A stretch of DNA of 64,000 nt from Zygnema circumcarinatum SAG 698-1b (GCA_037447605.1 CM074811.1:1116001-1180000); one strand, 5' to 3'. Shown: positions 47,520 through 58,626, counted from the stretch's first letter. Program-made: numbers and translations. Notes: generated by a model from the sequence alone, not told the origin.

Positions 47520-47967
47520 TGCACCATGTTACCAAGCCTTCTCCGCCCCTCGCCTACGAATGAGGACCACCCCGGAGAGGACTGCTGGCCAAAATGCCTC
47601 GTGTCATTCGTGCCTTGCCTCCCCGGTCCGTCTGCATTGGCATCGCGTGGATAATGCTTCGACATCGTATCAAGTGGCTGCTGAATAAATTGTGCCACGA
47701 GCTGCTGAACTGAACCACTGGCCGCGTTGTCAATCATGGATGCGATCACGCACGCGTTTCCCGTCAGTCTGAGCTCATCTTGCGAGTAATCAATCCACCT
47801 GTGCGTCAAGACTCCAACAACCTCGCGGTCACACACAGGACGCCCGTTGATCTTCTCAAACAGCGCATCTTGCCACTTGTACCGTCGCAGAAGCCGCGTC
47901 GCACCGACGCGCCTGACAGTCCGTGCAATGAGAACAGGATGTCTGAGCCTGTCGATGCTGACACGCT
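47520..47967 (-). other. Open reading segment of unknown function, possibly an exon or captured gene fragment
   Basis: Follows a polypyrimidine CCCAG acceptor and reads RVSIDRLRHPVLIARTVRRVGATRLLRRYKWQDALFEKINGRPVCDREVVGVLTHRWIDYSQDELRLTGNACVIASMID. It looks protein-like but I do not recognise a family. Confidence 0.3.
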
Positions 47968-49292
47968 GGGAGGGGGGGAGGGAGGGAGGGAGCCGACGCG
48001 AGAGAAGGGGTGGCTGCGGGACATGCCTCGATATTTGCACTGCAGCGTGCTGGTGTTTTACTTGACTCGTTTACAGAATTTCCAATGCTTGGGACAGTAA
48101 TTCAGTGCAATGTAGCAGGTCTGATGGCGAACGATGGCATTTACCAAGAGACTGTGAAGCATGCCACCAGCCTGCAGCACTTTCAACATTGAGAGCTTTT
48201 TAACCGAGAATTTGTAAACTAGGCCAAAACATATGTCGATAAGATAATCTTGCTAGGCTTTTGGAGTGCGAGTTCCATTGGGAACAGCACTATAACCACA
48301 CAGAAAAAAACTCGAAAACACTTACAAACACAAAATCGTGCAACTCAACTCAATCGCACACTCCCTCCATCCCTCCCTCATTCCCACGCGCACAAAGGTA
48401 ATGCTTTGTAAACGTACCAATGCCATTCGGCGGGCTATAATCCTACAAACCTTTATACGGACACAAGTTGTAAGCTGAACAGAAGGATCTACCAAGCAAG
48501 GGAAACAACGCCGGTTTCATTCATACCAGCCACTAGCAACTACTCACACTTTTAACAATCTAATTTGTACACAAAGCCATTTCATACATACAAGGTTTCG
48601 AATTTTTTAAACGCATACCATCAAGTTGTTGTGTGTCCGGTTCTCTCGATGTACTGGTCTCTACACATTTTACAATTTCGTACAAGTTTACAATTGTCTC
48701 TTGGTTTCAAATTGTGGCTTGTGTCTTGTGTGATACTGTGAGTTTCCTTTTTTTGCCCAAGGGTCGGGCCCCGCCTTCACATCTCTTGTGAACTGAGCAG
48801 CGCAAGGGATTTCGCATTACCTCTGGCGATGCAGCGGCGGCTAAGCCTTCAGAAACCACCAGGACCACTCCCTCTCCAAGAGGCGACTTTGTCGTTGCGT
48901 TGCTTGTCACGCAACGGCGAATTCACTCCATGCGAATGCCTTCCTGGCGGCATCGTGTCCGCCCATTTCATCGACGGTTCTTCGCGAGCTGCGAAATCAA
49001 GCATAACTATGGTTATCGCAACCAGGCAGTTCCTTAACGCCTTCCGTACAGCTATAAGTGTCTGCGCCGGGCCAAAAAATTCGGCCAAACGTCTGCGAAA
49101 TGAAGAATAACGCCCCTTCTTATCAAATAGCCTAATGATAACAAAACAAGTATTGACCGCAACGCATCTTCAAGTCCAACAAGTGTGCAGAGTCGAATCC
49201 AAACATTCCAAAATGATCAGAAGAAAGACAACACTACGCAGAAGCCATAGGAGGTATAAAGGGACAAGGCGAAGAGTACCAGCATCGCTTAC

Positions 49293-51507
49293 GGGAGGAG
49301 GGGCTCAAGGAGAACGGCTCGGAGGGGCTCAAGGAGAACGGCTCGGAGGGGCTCAAGGAGAACGGCTCGGAGGGGCTCAAGGAGAACGGCTCGGAGGGGC
49401 TCAAGGAGAACGGCTCGGAGGGGCTCAAGGAGAACGCCTCGAGGGGCTCAAGGAGGAAACGGCTTCGGAGGGGCTCAAGGAGAAACGGCTTCGGAGGGGC
49501 TCAAGGAGAACGCTCCTGAGGGGCTCAAGGAGAAACGGCTTCGGAGGGGCTCAAGGAGAACGCTCGAGGGGCTCAAGGAGAAGCGGCTTCCGGAGGGGCT
49601 CAAGGAGAACGCCTCGAGGGGCTCAAGGAGAACGCCTCGAGGGGCTCAAGGAGAACGCTCCTGAGGGGCTCAAGGAGAAACGGCTTCGGAGGGGCTCAAG
49701 GAGAGCGGCTTCGGAGGGGCTCAAGGAGAGCGGCTTCGGAGGGGCTCAAGGAGAACGCTCCTGAGGGGCTCAAGGAGAGCGGCTTCGGAGGGGCTCAAGG
49801 AGAACGGCTCGGAGGGGCTCAAGGAGAACGGCTCGGAGGGGCTCAAGGAGAACGACGGCTCGGAGGGGCTCAAGGAGAACGGCTCGGAGGGGCTCAAGGA
49901 GAACGCTCGGAGGGGCTCAAGGAGAACGGCTCGGAGGGGCTCGGAGGGGCTCAAGGAGAACGGCTCGGAGGGGCTCAAGGAGAACGGCTCGGAGGGGCTC
50001 AAGGAGAACGGCTCGGAGGGGCTCAAGGAGAACGCTCTGAGGCTCGGAGGGGCTCAAGGAGAGCGGCTTCGGAGGGCTCAGGAGAAGCGGCTTCGGAGGG
50101 GCTCAAGGAGAGCGGCTTCGGAGGGGCTCAAGGAGAAGCGGCTTCCGGAGGGGCTCAAGGAGAGCGGCTTCGGAGGGCTCAGGAGAAACGGCTTCGGAGG
50201 GGCTCAAGGAGAGCGGCTTCGGAGGGGCTCAAGGAGAACGGCTCGGAGGGGCTCAAGGAGAACGGCTCGGAGGGGCTCAAGGAGAACGGCTCGGAGGGGC
50301 TCAAGGAGAACGCTCCTGAGGGGCTCAAGGAGAGCGGCTTCGGAGGGCTCAAGGAGAAACGGCTTCGGAGGGGCTCAAGGAGAACGGCTCGGAGGGGCTA
50401 AAGGAGAACGGCTCGGAGGGGCTCAAGGAGAACGGCTCGGAGGGGCTCAAGGAGAACGGCTCGGAGGGGCTCAAGGAGAACGGCTCGGAGGGGCTCAAGG
50501 AGAACGGCTCGGAGGGGCTCAAGGAGAACGGCTCGGAGGGGCTCAAGGAGAACGGCTCGGAGGGGCTCAAGGAGAACGGCTCGGAGGGGCTCAAGGAGAA
50601 CGGCTCGGAGGGGCTCAGGAGGGGCTCAAGGAGAACGGCTCGGAGGGGCTCAAGGAGAACGGCTCGGAGGGGCTCAAGGAGAACGGCTCGGAGGGGCTCA
50701 AGGAGGACGGCTCGGTGGGGCTCAAGGAGAACGGCTCGGAGGGGCTCAAGGAGAACGGCTCGGAGGGGCTCAAGGAGAACGGCTCGGAGGGGCTCAAGGA
50801 GAACGGCTCGGAGGGGCTCAAGGAGAACGGCTCGGAGGGGCTCAAGGAGAACGGCTCGGAGGGGCTCAAGGAGAACGGCTCGGAGGGGCTCAAGGAGAAC
50901 GGCTCGGAGGGGCTCAAGGAGAACGGCTCGGAGGGGCTCAAGGAGAACGGCTCGGAGGGGCTCAAGGAGAACGGCTCGGAGGGGCTCAAGGAGAACGGCT
51001 CGGAGGGGCTCAAGGAGAACGGCTTCGGACGGCTCGGAGGGGCTCAAGGAGAACGGCTCGGAGGGGCTCAAGGAGAACGGCTCGGAGGGGCTCAAGGAGA
51101 ACGGCTCGGAGGGGCTCAAGGAGAACGGCTCGGAAGGGCACACGGATAACCGCACGTAACCCCTAAAGAACAACTGCGCCGACTGCATCAAGGAGAACGG
51201 CTCGGAGGGGCTGGGGGAGACGGCTCGGAGGGGCTCAAGGAGAACGGCTCGGAGGGGCTCAATGAGAACGGCTCGGAGGGGCTCAAAGAGAACGGCTCGG
51301 AGGGGCTCAAGGAGAACGGCTCGGAGGGGCTCAAGGAGAGCGGCTTCGGAGGGGCTCAAGGAGGAAACGGCTTCCGGAGGGAGGCTCAGGAGAAGCGGCT
51401 TCCGGAGGGGCTCAAGGAGAACGGCTCGGAGGGGCTCAAGGAGAACGGCTCGGAGGGGCTCAAGGAGAACGGCTCGGAGGGGCTCAAGGAGAACGGCTCG
51501 GAGGGGG
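49293..51507. repeat. ~2.2-kb minisatellite, 24-bp unit GGAGGGGCTCAAGGAGAACGGCTC (about 90 units, with indel variants)
   Basis: Direct reading. It produces the LGGAQGER, GLKENGSE and SPSEPFSL ORF artefacts. A unique insert lies at about 51137-51188. Confidence 0.97.
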
Positions 51508-54500
51508 ACGTCGAGGAGGGGGTCGACGGCTGGGAGGAGGCTTACGTGGAGGGGGCCTTTTCAAAGGGGGCCGAGGACGGGGAGGAGGTGGACGCGGAGG
51601 AGGGGATGGTGAAGCTGCAGAAATGCAGGGCAGTGTGAGAGTTCCCGATCATAATTAAAGGCGAACTACCTTCTTCCATAGCTTCCGTATTCTAATCGAA
51701 ACATAGCTTCCGTATTCTAATCGAAACACGTCCTTATAAACGTTCTTGGAGGATGCAGTACGAAATGAAAATCCATTCAAACCGCATTTAGTGTGCTCTT
51801 ACAGCAATGACAGTGTAAAAGTCGATAGTAATGCGATAGTTTCCACAACATATGCCACCCTTTACTTTTCCTTTCTTGCGAGTATCTACAAGGAGCAGGT
51901 TGCCACTCACCACACGTGCCGGATGCCAACGCATATCCCTTGTCGCATGTGCACGTGGCCGTGTCGTACCCGCACGTGCCGCGGCCTCCGCACGCTCCCT
52001 CGGGAGAACCGCTCTGGCAAAAGGCCGCGCACTGTTTCTTAGGTCTCTGCTTTTGAGCTGCGCCACATCCTGTGATATCGCGATAAATGCAGTTGTTGGT
52101 AGTACTGAAGGAGCAATAAGGATCCCCATATGTTGTAATGTCGATTGGCCCGGAGAAGTAGTTGTCTTGGATCTTCACTTCATAAATGCCATAGCTCGAA
52201 AGAGTTATGGAGCCAGTAAGCTTGTTGTTGTCCAAGTACCTGATGACATTACGGGTGGCGCGTTAGAGACAAAGCGAGAAAGGGAGAAACATTCCAACAG
52301 AATCCCTTCAAGTCTTCCTTGTGACACAGCCACTGAAAACATTCGCTTGTGCTCTCTGCAAAGTCTTTGACTCCATCTTTACGACCCTACGCAACCTTCA
52401 GCCTTCAAACACTGAACCCCTAAATCTCTAAGCCTTTCCCTACATCCATTCGACCTGCAATCCCATAGCCCCTGAACCCGCTAAACCCCCATGGCATCTA
52501 AACCCTTTAACTCATATGCCCCTAAACCCCTTGAGTTTTAAGACCTAAAACCTTAAAACCCTATACCCTAACCCTAATCCGTAAATCCTTAATCCTAAAA
52601 TCTCGACAACGAAGTCCAATCTCCCGCATGCAAAAGTGCGCGTTATAGTGCGTCAAATAAGCCCACGCCGTGGCAGAAGTGACCAGAAATATGAGATAAA
52701 CTCAAAACTCATGCAAGCGCAAAACAAATGCACTAGTTTGAGAGGTACAAATGCTTGGTCGACAGCAAAAATTCAATCTGCAAATAAAACGTTATCAATG
52801 CAGCGGTGCTTACAGGTACTGCAGTCCGGTGAGTTTAGAGATGAAGCCGGACACTCTCCCCTCCAGTTTGTTGCTGCTCAGGCCCCTACAGACATACATA
52901 ACGACAAAAAGTTTAACGAAAAGGATAAGGCTGGTTTTGGACTGAACAGGAGTAAATCAGGTATTCAACTACACGTTCTATAGTCGAATCCTCAAACGCA
53001 GTCTCACAGAAATGCAGTGCGAGATTAAAATTTACTCGCATATAAACACCAAAAGTGAAAACAACCACGCGCAAAGATATGCCACGCAATCATGGATACA
53101 CAACATCGAAAGTTGCTGCTTGCTGCTTTGATGCAATACGTCAATGCACTTATAATGTCAGAAAAAATGTCATACAAATTCACACAAATTCCCGAGGTCC
53201 CCAATAGAGTTCGGGATGATGCCCCTCAAAATTAGTAAAGCGTCTGCATGTGAATTATTATCCACAGATCTTCATTAAAATCTTCACGAGCTCGGCGGAT
53301 GTTTTGCGGCCAAAAAGAAAAAAAAAAGAAACTCGGTTTAATGATTGCTCAAATTCAAACCGAAGCTCGAAGTTGCCACGTGCCAAACGACCAATGAGCA
53401 GCTTCGCGGCATCTCCTCCTCCATGGAGGGCGGAGGGGGCGGAGGGCTCTGCGCAGCGTTGCATGGCATGGAAGAGGAGATGCCGCCAAGGGCCACGCGC
53501 AGTTGACATGGGGGACGTGACGTGACATGACACGTGTCCTCTCAAGGGCGGAAGGCACCGCTCGCAGGCACCGCCACTAGGAAGTACGAGAGAGGGAACG
53601 GTACGGCGGCGGACGGATCAGAGGAGTGGCGCACGGCAAAATCTGACGCGTATCTGACACTGCGACGCGATTGGTTGGAAGATTCTCGACATGTCAGTGC
53701 GATCTGATACGGGTTGAGGGGATTTCAGCTTCTTTAATACTTACAAGTAGTTCAGATTCGCAAGGTTGCCGATAGAATCCGGGATAGACCCCGTTAGGGA
53801 ATTAGAAGCAAAGGTCCTGCCAAAAATAAAAAAAAGGGCACTGAATAAACATGCTGCCACGACTAGCACTTCTATCACTGGCATTTCTATCTCTTTCATT
53901 TCAGATTTATGGGGAAAAATACTTACAGTGTTTGCAGATTCGCAAGGTTACCGATAGAATCCGGGATAGACCCCGTTAGGGAATTGAAGCCCAAGTCTCT
54001 GCCAAGAATAAAAGAAGGGCACTGAATAAGCATGCTGCCACGAACAGCATTTCTATCACTGGCATTCCTCTGTTTGGCATTTCTATCACTCTTATTTCAG
54101 ATTTATGGGGAAAAATACTTACAATTCCACCAGATTCGCAAGGTTGCCGATAGAATCCGGGATAGCACCCGTTAGGGAATTAGAAAACAGGTATCTGCCA
54201 AAGAAAAAAAAAACAGGCACTGAATAAACATGCTGCCACGACTAGCACTTCTATCACTGGCATTTCTATCTCTTTCATTTCAGATTTATGGGGAAAAGTA
54301 CTTACAGTGTTTGCAGATTCGCAAGGTTGCCGATAGAATCCGGGATAGACCCCGTTAGGGAATTGAAGCCCAATTCTCTGCCAAGAATAAAAGAAGGGCA
54401 CTGAATAAACATGCTGCCACGACCAGCATTTCTATCACTGCATTCCTCTGTTTGGCATTTCTATCACTCTTATTTCAGATTTATGGGGAAAAATACTCAC

Positions 54501-55539
54501 AGTGTTTGCAGATTCGCAAGGTTGCCGATAGAATCCGGGATAGCACCCGTTAGGGAATTGAAGCCCAATTCTCTGCCAAGAATAAAAGAAGGGCAGTGAA
54601 TAAACATGCTGGCACGACTCGCACTTCTATCACTGACATTCCTCTGTTTGGCATTTCTTTCACTTCCATTTCTGATTTATGGGGAAAAATACTTACAAGT
54701 ATTGCAGATTCGAAAGGTTGCCGATAGAATCCGGGATAGATCCCGAGAGGGAATTATAACCCAAGTATCTGCCAAAAATAAAAAAAATAGGCACTAAGTA
54801 AACATGCTGCCTTCTATCACTGACATTCCTCTTTCTGGCATTTCTATCTCTTTCATTTCAGATTTATGGGGAAAAATACTTACAATCTTTGCAGATTCGC
54901 AAGGTTGCCAGTGGCAGGTGAAATGTTTCCTTCAAGTCCGGAGTTAAGTAAAACACTGCAAAAGGCAGGTTAGCAGTGATAGCGTCAGAAGAAGAAAGGG
55001 CCGCGGGCAGTAGGACGGCTCCTGGCGGCCCTTTTTAACCGTTTTCTGAGGAGGCTTCTTCCCGCAGACCCTCCTCGCAGCCTCGACCTGCAGTTCAGCA
55101 GCTATGGAATCCGCGGAGCCCTCAACATCACAAGCGGTGTTCAGTCAGAGTGTGGCTCACATCTCAGTTACGTGCTTGCCGCTTGCGTCGCAGGTGACCC
55201 CGTACCAGTCGCTGCAGAAGCGGTTACTCGCTTTCCAGGAGGAGAGGAGTCCTCCTACGTTGGTGAATGCCGCTTTGACAGCGAGAAGAGCGGTCCCTGC
55301 GCCCAAGCGCGAGCAGATGCAGGATTGGATTGAGGCCGCGGTACGCTTCAAAAAGCACAAACAGAGGCCCCGCCGCGGGCAGGCCGCCTCTCCCCTTCTT
55401 CCATAGAGGGCGGGCGGGCGGGCCGCGGCGGCTCACTGTCTCGCGGGTCGATGGCCTGAGCGGCGGCTTCGCGCGGGGCGGCGGCGGCGGCAAAGAGGAG
55501 GACCGCCGCCGCGAGAGAGAGAGACCGCGCGCGCGCCAT
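51484..55539 (-). CDS. Secreted LRR protein: signal peptide, LRRNT, about 10 plant-type LRRs, Cys-rich EGF-like module and Pro/Arg-rich tail (LRR-extensin-like), about 424 aa as assembled
   Basis: Exons 55539-55437 (MARARSLSLAAAVLLFAAAAAP...), 55296-55161 (LLAVKAAF...LSSWKASNRFCSDWYGVTC), seven 72-nt exons (54955-54884, 54768-54697, 54572-54501, 54377-54306, 54194-54123, 53998-53927, 53816-53745), 52885-52814, 52239-51911 (YLDNNKLTGSI...NNCIY...QRPKKQCAAFC...CGGRGTC...CTCDKGY) and 51614-51484 (SPSPPPRPPPPRPRPPLKRPPP...SRSP*). All splice phases are consistent. Confidence 0.9.
53745..54955 (-). repeat. Tandem array of LRR exon+intron cassettes (period 182-196 bp)
   Basis: Seven 72-nt exons separated by six near-identical introns of 110, 124, 111, 123, 124 and 115 nt, forming two intron subtypes. 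Confidence 0.95.
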
Positions 55540-56309
55540 CGCGGCCAAGCGCCCGCCGGAGACAGGAGGGGACGGGACGCGGGGGCGGCCAGAGGCGAGG
55601 AGAGGGCGCGGAGGGGAGGGAGGGCGCCTTCCTCCGCCGTGGCTTGGACAGGGACGGACGGCGGCTCGTTGGCGCGGGGTTACTATACAGTATTACTATG
55701 GGGCCGCCATGCTATGTACGGATGGCAGTCTCGATATTACATTATGGCACCGACATCACACGAGGAGGCCGCGGGCCAAAATGCGCGCTGTGGACCAATC
55801 AGCGTCGATCAATTTCTTTCGCGCCAGCTCGCACACAGGGCGGCGGCCTCCTCCATGGCTTGCGGGGGCCGCGGGGTGCATCAAGACAATGCTGCCCGCC
55901 CGGGCTGCCAGCCTGTGGACGCTCGGCATGCGGACGGACAGCTGGAGTCCTGCCACGTCATAGGCCAAACGAGCGCACTGATTGGCTTCGGTGATACTCC
56001 AGAGGGCCAATGGTGACTGGGCTACGAAGAAGACAAAAGATTTTCCGGCACTGGATACCGAATTCTCAGCGATCTCGGCTGCGCGATTCGCGATCTGTCG
56101 CGACAGATTTGTGGCGCCAACGGTTTTTATGACGTCGTCAATTTGAGGCTCGTTTGTCATCATCGCATCCAGTAGCGATTTTTTTCGTCGTTACGTCGTT
56201 CCTACACCAAACATAACCATCCTGGACAACATTCAGCTAGGAACTAAGTACCAACACCTTGATGTACCTATACATCAATAACATCAACGCAATGTCCGCA
56301 AACACATTC

Positions 56310-56625
56310 GCAGAGAGAGAGCAAAGCATATCAAAGAGAGAGAGAGAGATGGGTGAGTTCTTCAACGATGGATTTTACAACCCACATGTCCTTCTACTTA
56401 GAAAACGTCCCCTTGATTTGGAAAGGGCAATTTTTCAAGCGGCTGGAGGTATGCCTCTTCTTGCTACTCTCTTCTTGACCTTTATTCCTGTAGGTCCAAG
56501 CATTGCAGGTAGAGTCGACGGTTGTCACTATGCTTGCCGATCTTGATGTGAAATCCTTCGTGCTTGTAGTGCTCGGTCATGATTTGTATAAGCTCATCGC
56601 GAGTCTCATACTCAGTTGGTAGCAT
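56310..56625 (-). pseudogene. Degenerate MULE/FAR1-type transposase N-terminal (WRKY-GCM1-like) DNA-binding domain
   Basis: MLPTEYETRDELIQIMTEHYKHEGFHIKIGKHSDNRRLYLQC, then a frameshift to YRNKGQEESSKKRHTSSRLKNCPFQIKGTFSK*KDMWVV. This matches the F/YxSxxE...GFxI...LxC...SR..CPF.I.G...W pattern. Confidence 0.65.
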
Positions 56626-57073
56626 TTCTGTGAACATTGCAAACTAAGAAGAGGAGAGAACGGGAGGGCAGGGGCGGGGAGGGAGGGGATACCTCCTCCC
56701 GAAATATCCAAAACAGGGGGAGTGGATAGCCAAAATGGAAGTACGAAATTTCCCGAAAAGGGGGAGAGGATGTTCAAAACAGTCTATCATTCTCCAAAAA
56801 AAAAACGTAAAATAAAATCTGCCCGACGGAAAATGGAGAACTATATGCCCCCGGNNNNNNNNNNCCCCCCCCCCCCCCCCTCTTTGGCTTTCCCGCCCCT
56901 GTTTTTTGAAATCCCACCTCCCATTTTGGCTATTCCGCCCCCCTCCCATTTTGGATATTTCGGGAGGGGATAACCCGCCTGTTTTGAATATTTCGGGAGG
57001 GAATTTTTTTCCCGCCCCTCCCGTCCACTCCCCTTCCCTCCCCTCCTCTTCCTGGTTTGCAATCTCCACACAA

Positions 57074-57195
57074 ATGACTGAGTATAAGACTCGCGATGAG
57101 CTTGTACAAGTCCTGACCAAGCACTACAAGCAGGAAGGATTTCAGATCAAGATCGGCAAGCATAGCGATAGCCGCTGACTCTACCTGCAATGCTT
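57074..57195 (+). pseudogene. Inverted duplicate of the transposase N-terminus
   Basis: MTEYKTRDELVQVLTKHYKQEGFQIKIGKHSDSR*. Nucleotides 57040-57195 are an inverted copy of 56498-56660. Confidence 0.6.
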
Positions 57196-57487
57196 TAGCG
57201 GGGGGGAACTGCGAGGATAGAGGTCTCTCTCTCCTCTGCTCTCTCTCCTCTAGTCTCTCTCCTCTGCTCTCTCTCCTCTGCTCACTCTCTCTCTTGCTCT
57301 CTCTGCTCTCTCTCTCTCTCTGCTCATACCTTTACGGACGTTGCGCTGGTGTGTGAGTATCCCAAAACAGGGGGAATATCCAAAACAGGGGGCGGGATAT
57401 CCCAAAACAGGGGGCGGAATAGCCAAAATGGGAGGGTAAGATTTCAAAAAAAGGGCGCGGGATAACCAAAAGGGGGGCATTGTATAG

Positions 57488-57625
57488 ATTTCCACGGAAA
57501 ATGGTGTGTATCGATTCCAAAAAGGTGGGATTAAAGCTTTTTCTAACCTTTTTTGTCTATTTCGAATCTGCCCGGTGAAAAAAGGTTTGTGTCCAGACCA
57601 AAAAGGTGTGAATTTAACACTACCC
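57488..57625 (-). mobile_element. MULE right-hand TIR (related subfamily), ending ...TTAACACTACCC
   Basis: The reverse complement starts GGGTAGTG and shares CCGGGCAGATT and GGAATCGATAC blocks with the 40901 element. Confidence 0.7.
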
Positions 57626-57979
57626 AATAACAAATCTCTAGTACTACCGTACTGAAGAATAACCTTCCGTTCGATTTTGTGAAGTCTGACATCGCCGCCG
57701 CCATTCACATGCCATACTCTTTGATGGTGTCTCCACCATGAGAACAATCCCAACTCACTTTGTTCTGTACACAACATTAAGGTTTCATGGTTGTAAAGCG
57801 TTCACTTTGTTCGCGTCAAGTTTACAAGTTCTACGCTTTTTTTGTTCAAACTCAGGATTTCGATAGTACGTTATGAATGACCATGTCAGGATTCTGGTAT
57901 GTATGATTTCTATACTACGATTTGACCTTGTAAAAAACGATTTCATGGCAGCGATGGCAATTTCATTTCCTTCGCGGCT

Positions 57980-58135
57980 GCTTCTAGGGGCTGCGTTGTT
58001 GCACCTAGGCGTAGTTTTCCGCTCTTAACTTTTATCTTTTGTGCCTAGGTCCTTTGCGGCCAGTCCCTCGTGGTTCCACATGCTGCTTTTGTTCTTGTAC
58101 ATTTGATGGCCTCGCCATAGTGAGTTCAATACCAT
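57980..58135. repeat. Foldback repeat family, copy 3 (single arm)
   Basis: GGGCTGCGTTG...CCTAGGCGTAGTTTTCC...GTACATTTGATGGCCTCGCCA, matching 5840 and 40572. Confidence 0.8.
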
Positions 58136-58626
58136 TTTCATTTCCCTATTTCATGCATCCGAGTAGCAGTCAGGATGCTTTTCACTCCCTTGTGACATTT
58201 TTTTCCCGGGAAAGTTACTCACGAACAAAAAGATGTTGCTGCTCCTTCCGGTCCCGTGCTCCATCTAAGGCAACAACAGACCACTCGAGCTGAGAGCTTG
58301 TTCTCAACCACTGAAACTAGTCTGAAATCGCTAACGACTTCGAGAGACTGAGCTAATGAGAGAGAAAAGCTCCCCTTCAAGAATAAGAAAAACCACTGGT
58401 TCTTCTCAAAAGCCTTGAAGAAAAGCTCCAGACTACCAGTTGAATCCTCGAACAGATCAACATTCCGAATGAATATCGTGCTAAATTCGCTGTAGGATAT
58501 AATGAACCCTCAGGAGGAGAGTGCGATACCAGCACATGGTCACATTTAAGATGAGCCAGAAGACTTTTGACAAGTGCAGAGCCAAACGATTATTGAAGAT
58601 AGCTTCCACCTACTAATACTGCTCCA

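Noticed and set aside
49135-51612. ORFs made of LGGAQGER, GLKENGSE, SPSEPFSL, LLEPLRAV repeats as separate genes, or a CRISPR array
   Set aside because: These are alternative frames of a 24-bp satellite. There are no unique spacers and no cas genes, so it is not CRISPR.
52290-52335. Possible extra exon after the TTTTCAG acceptor in the LRR gene
   Set aside because: It hits TGA in the required phase. The CATCAG acceptor at 52240 gives a continuous LRR.
53745-54955. CRISPR-like repeat-spacer array or non-coding satellite
   Set aside because: The units are 72-nt LRR exons with GT-AG introns on the minus strand.
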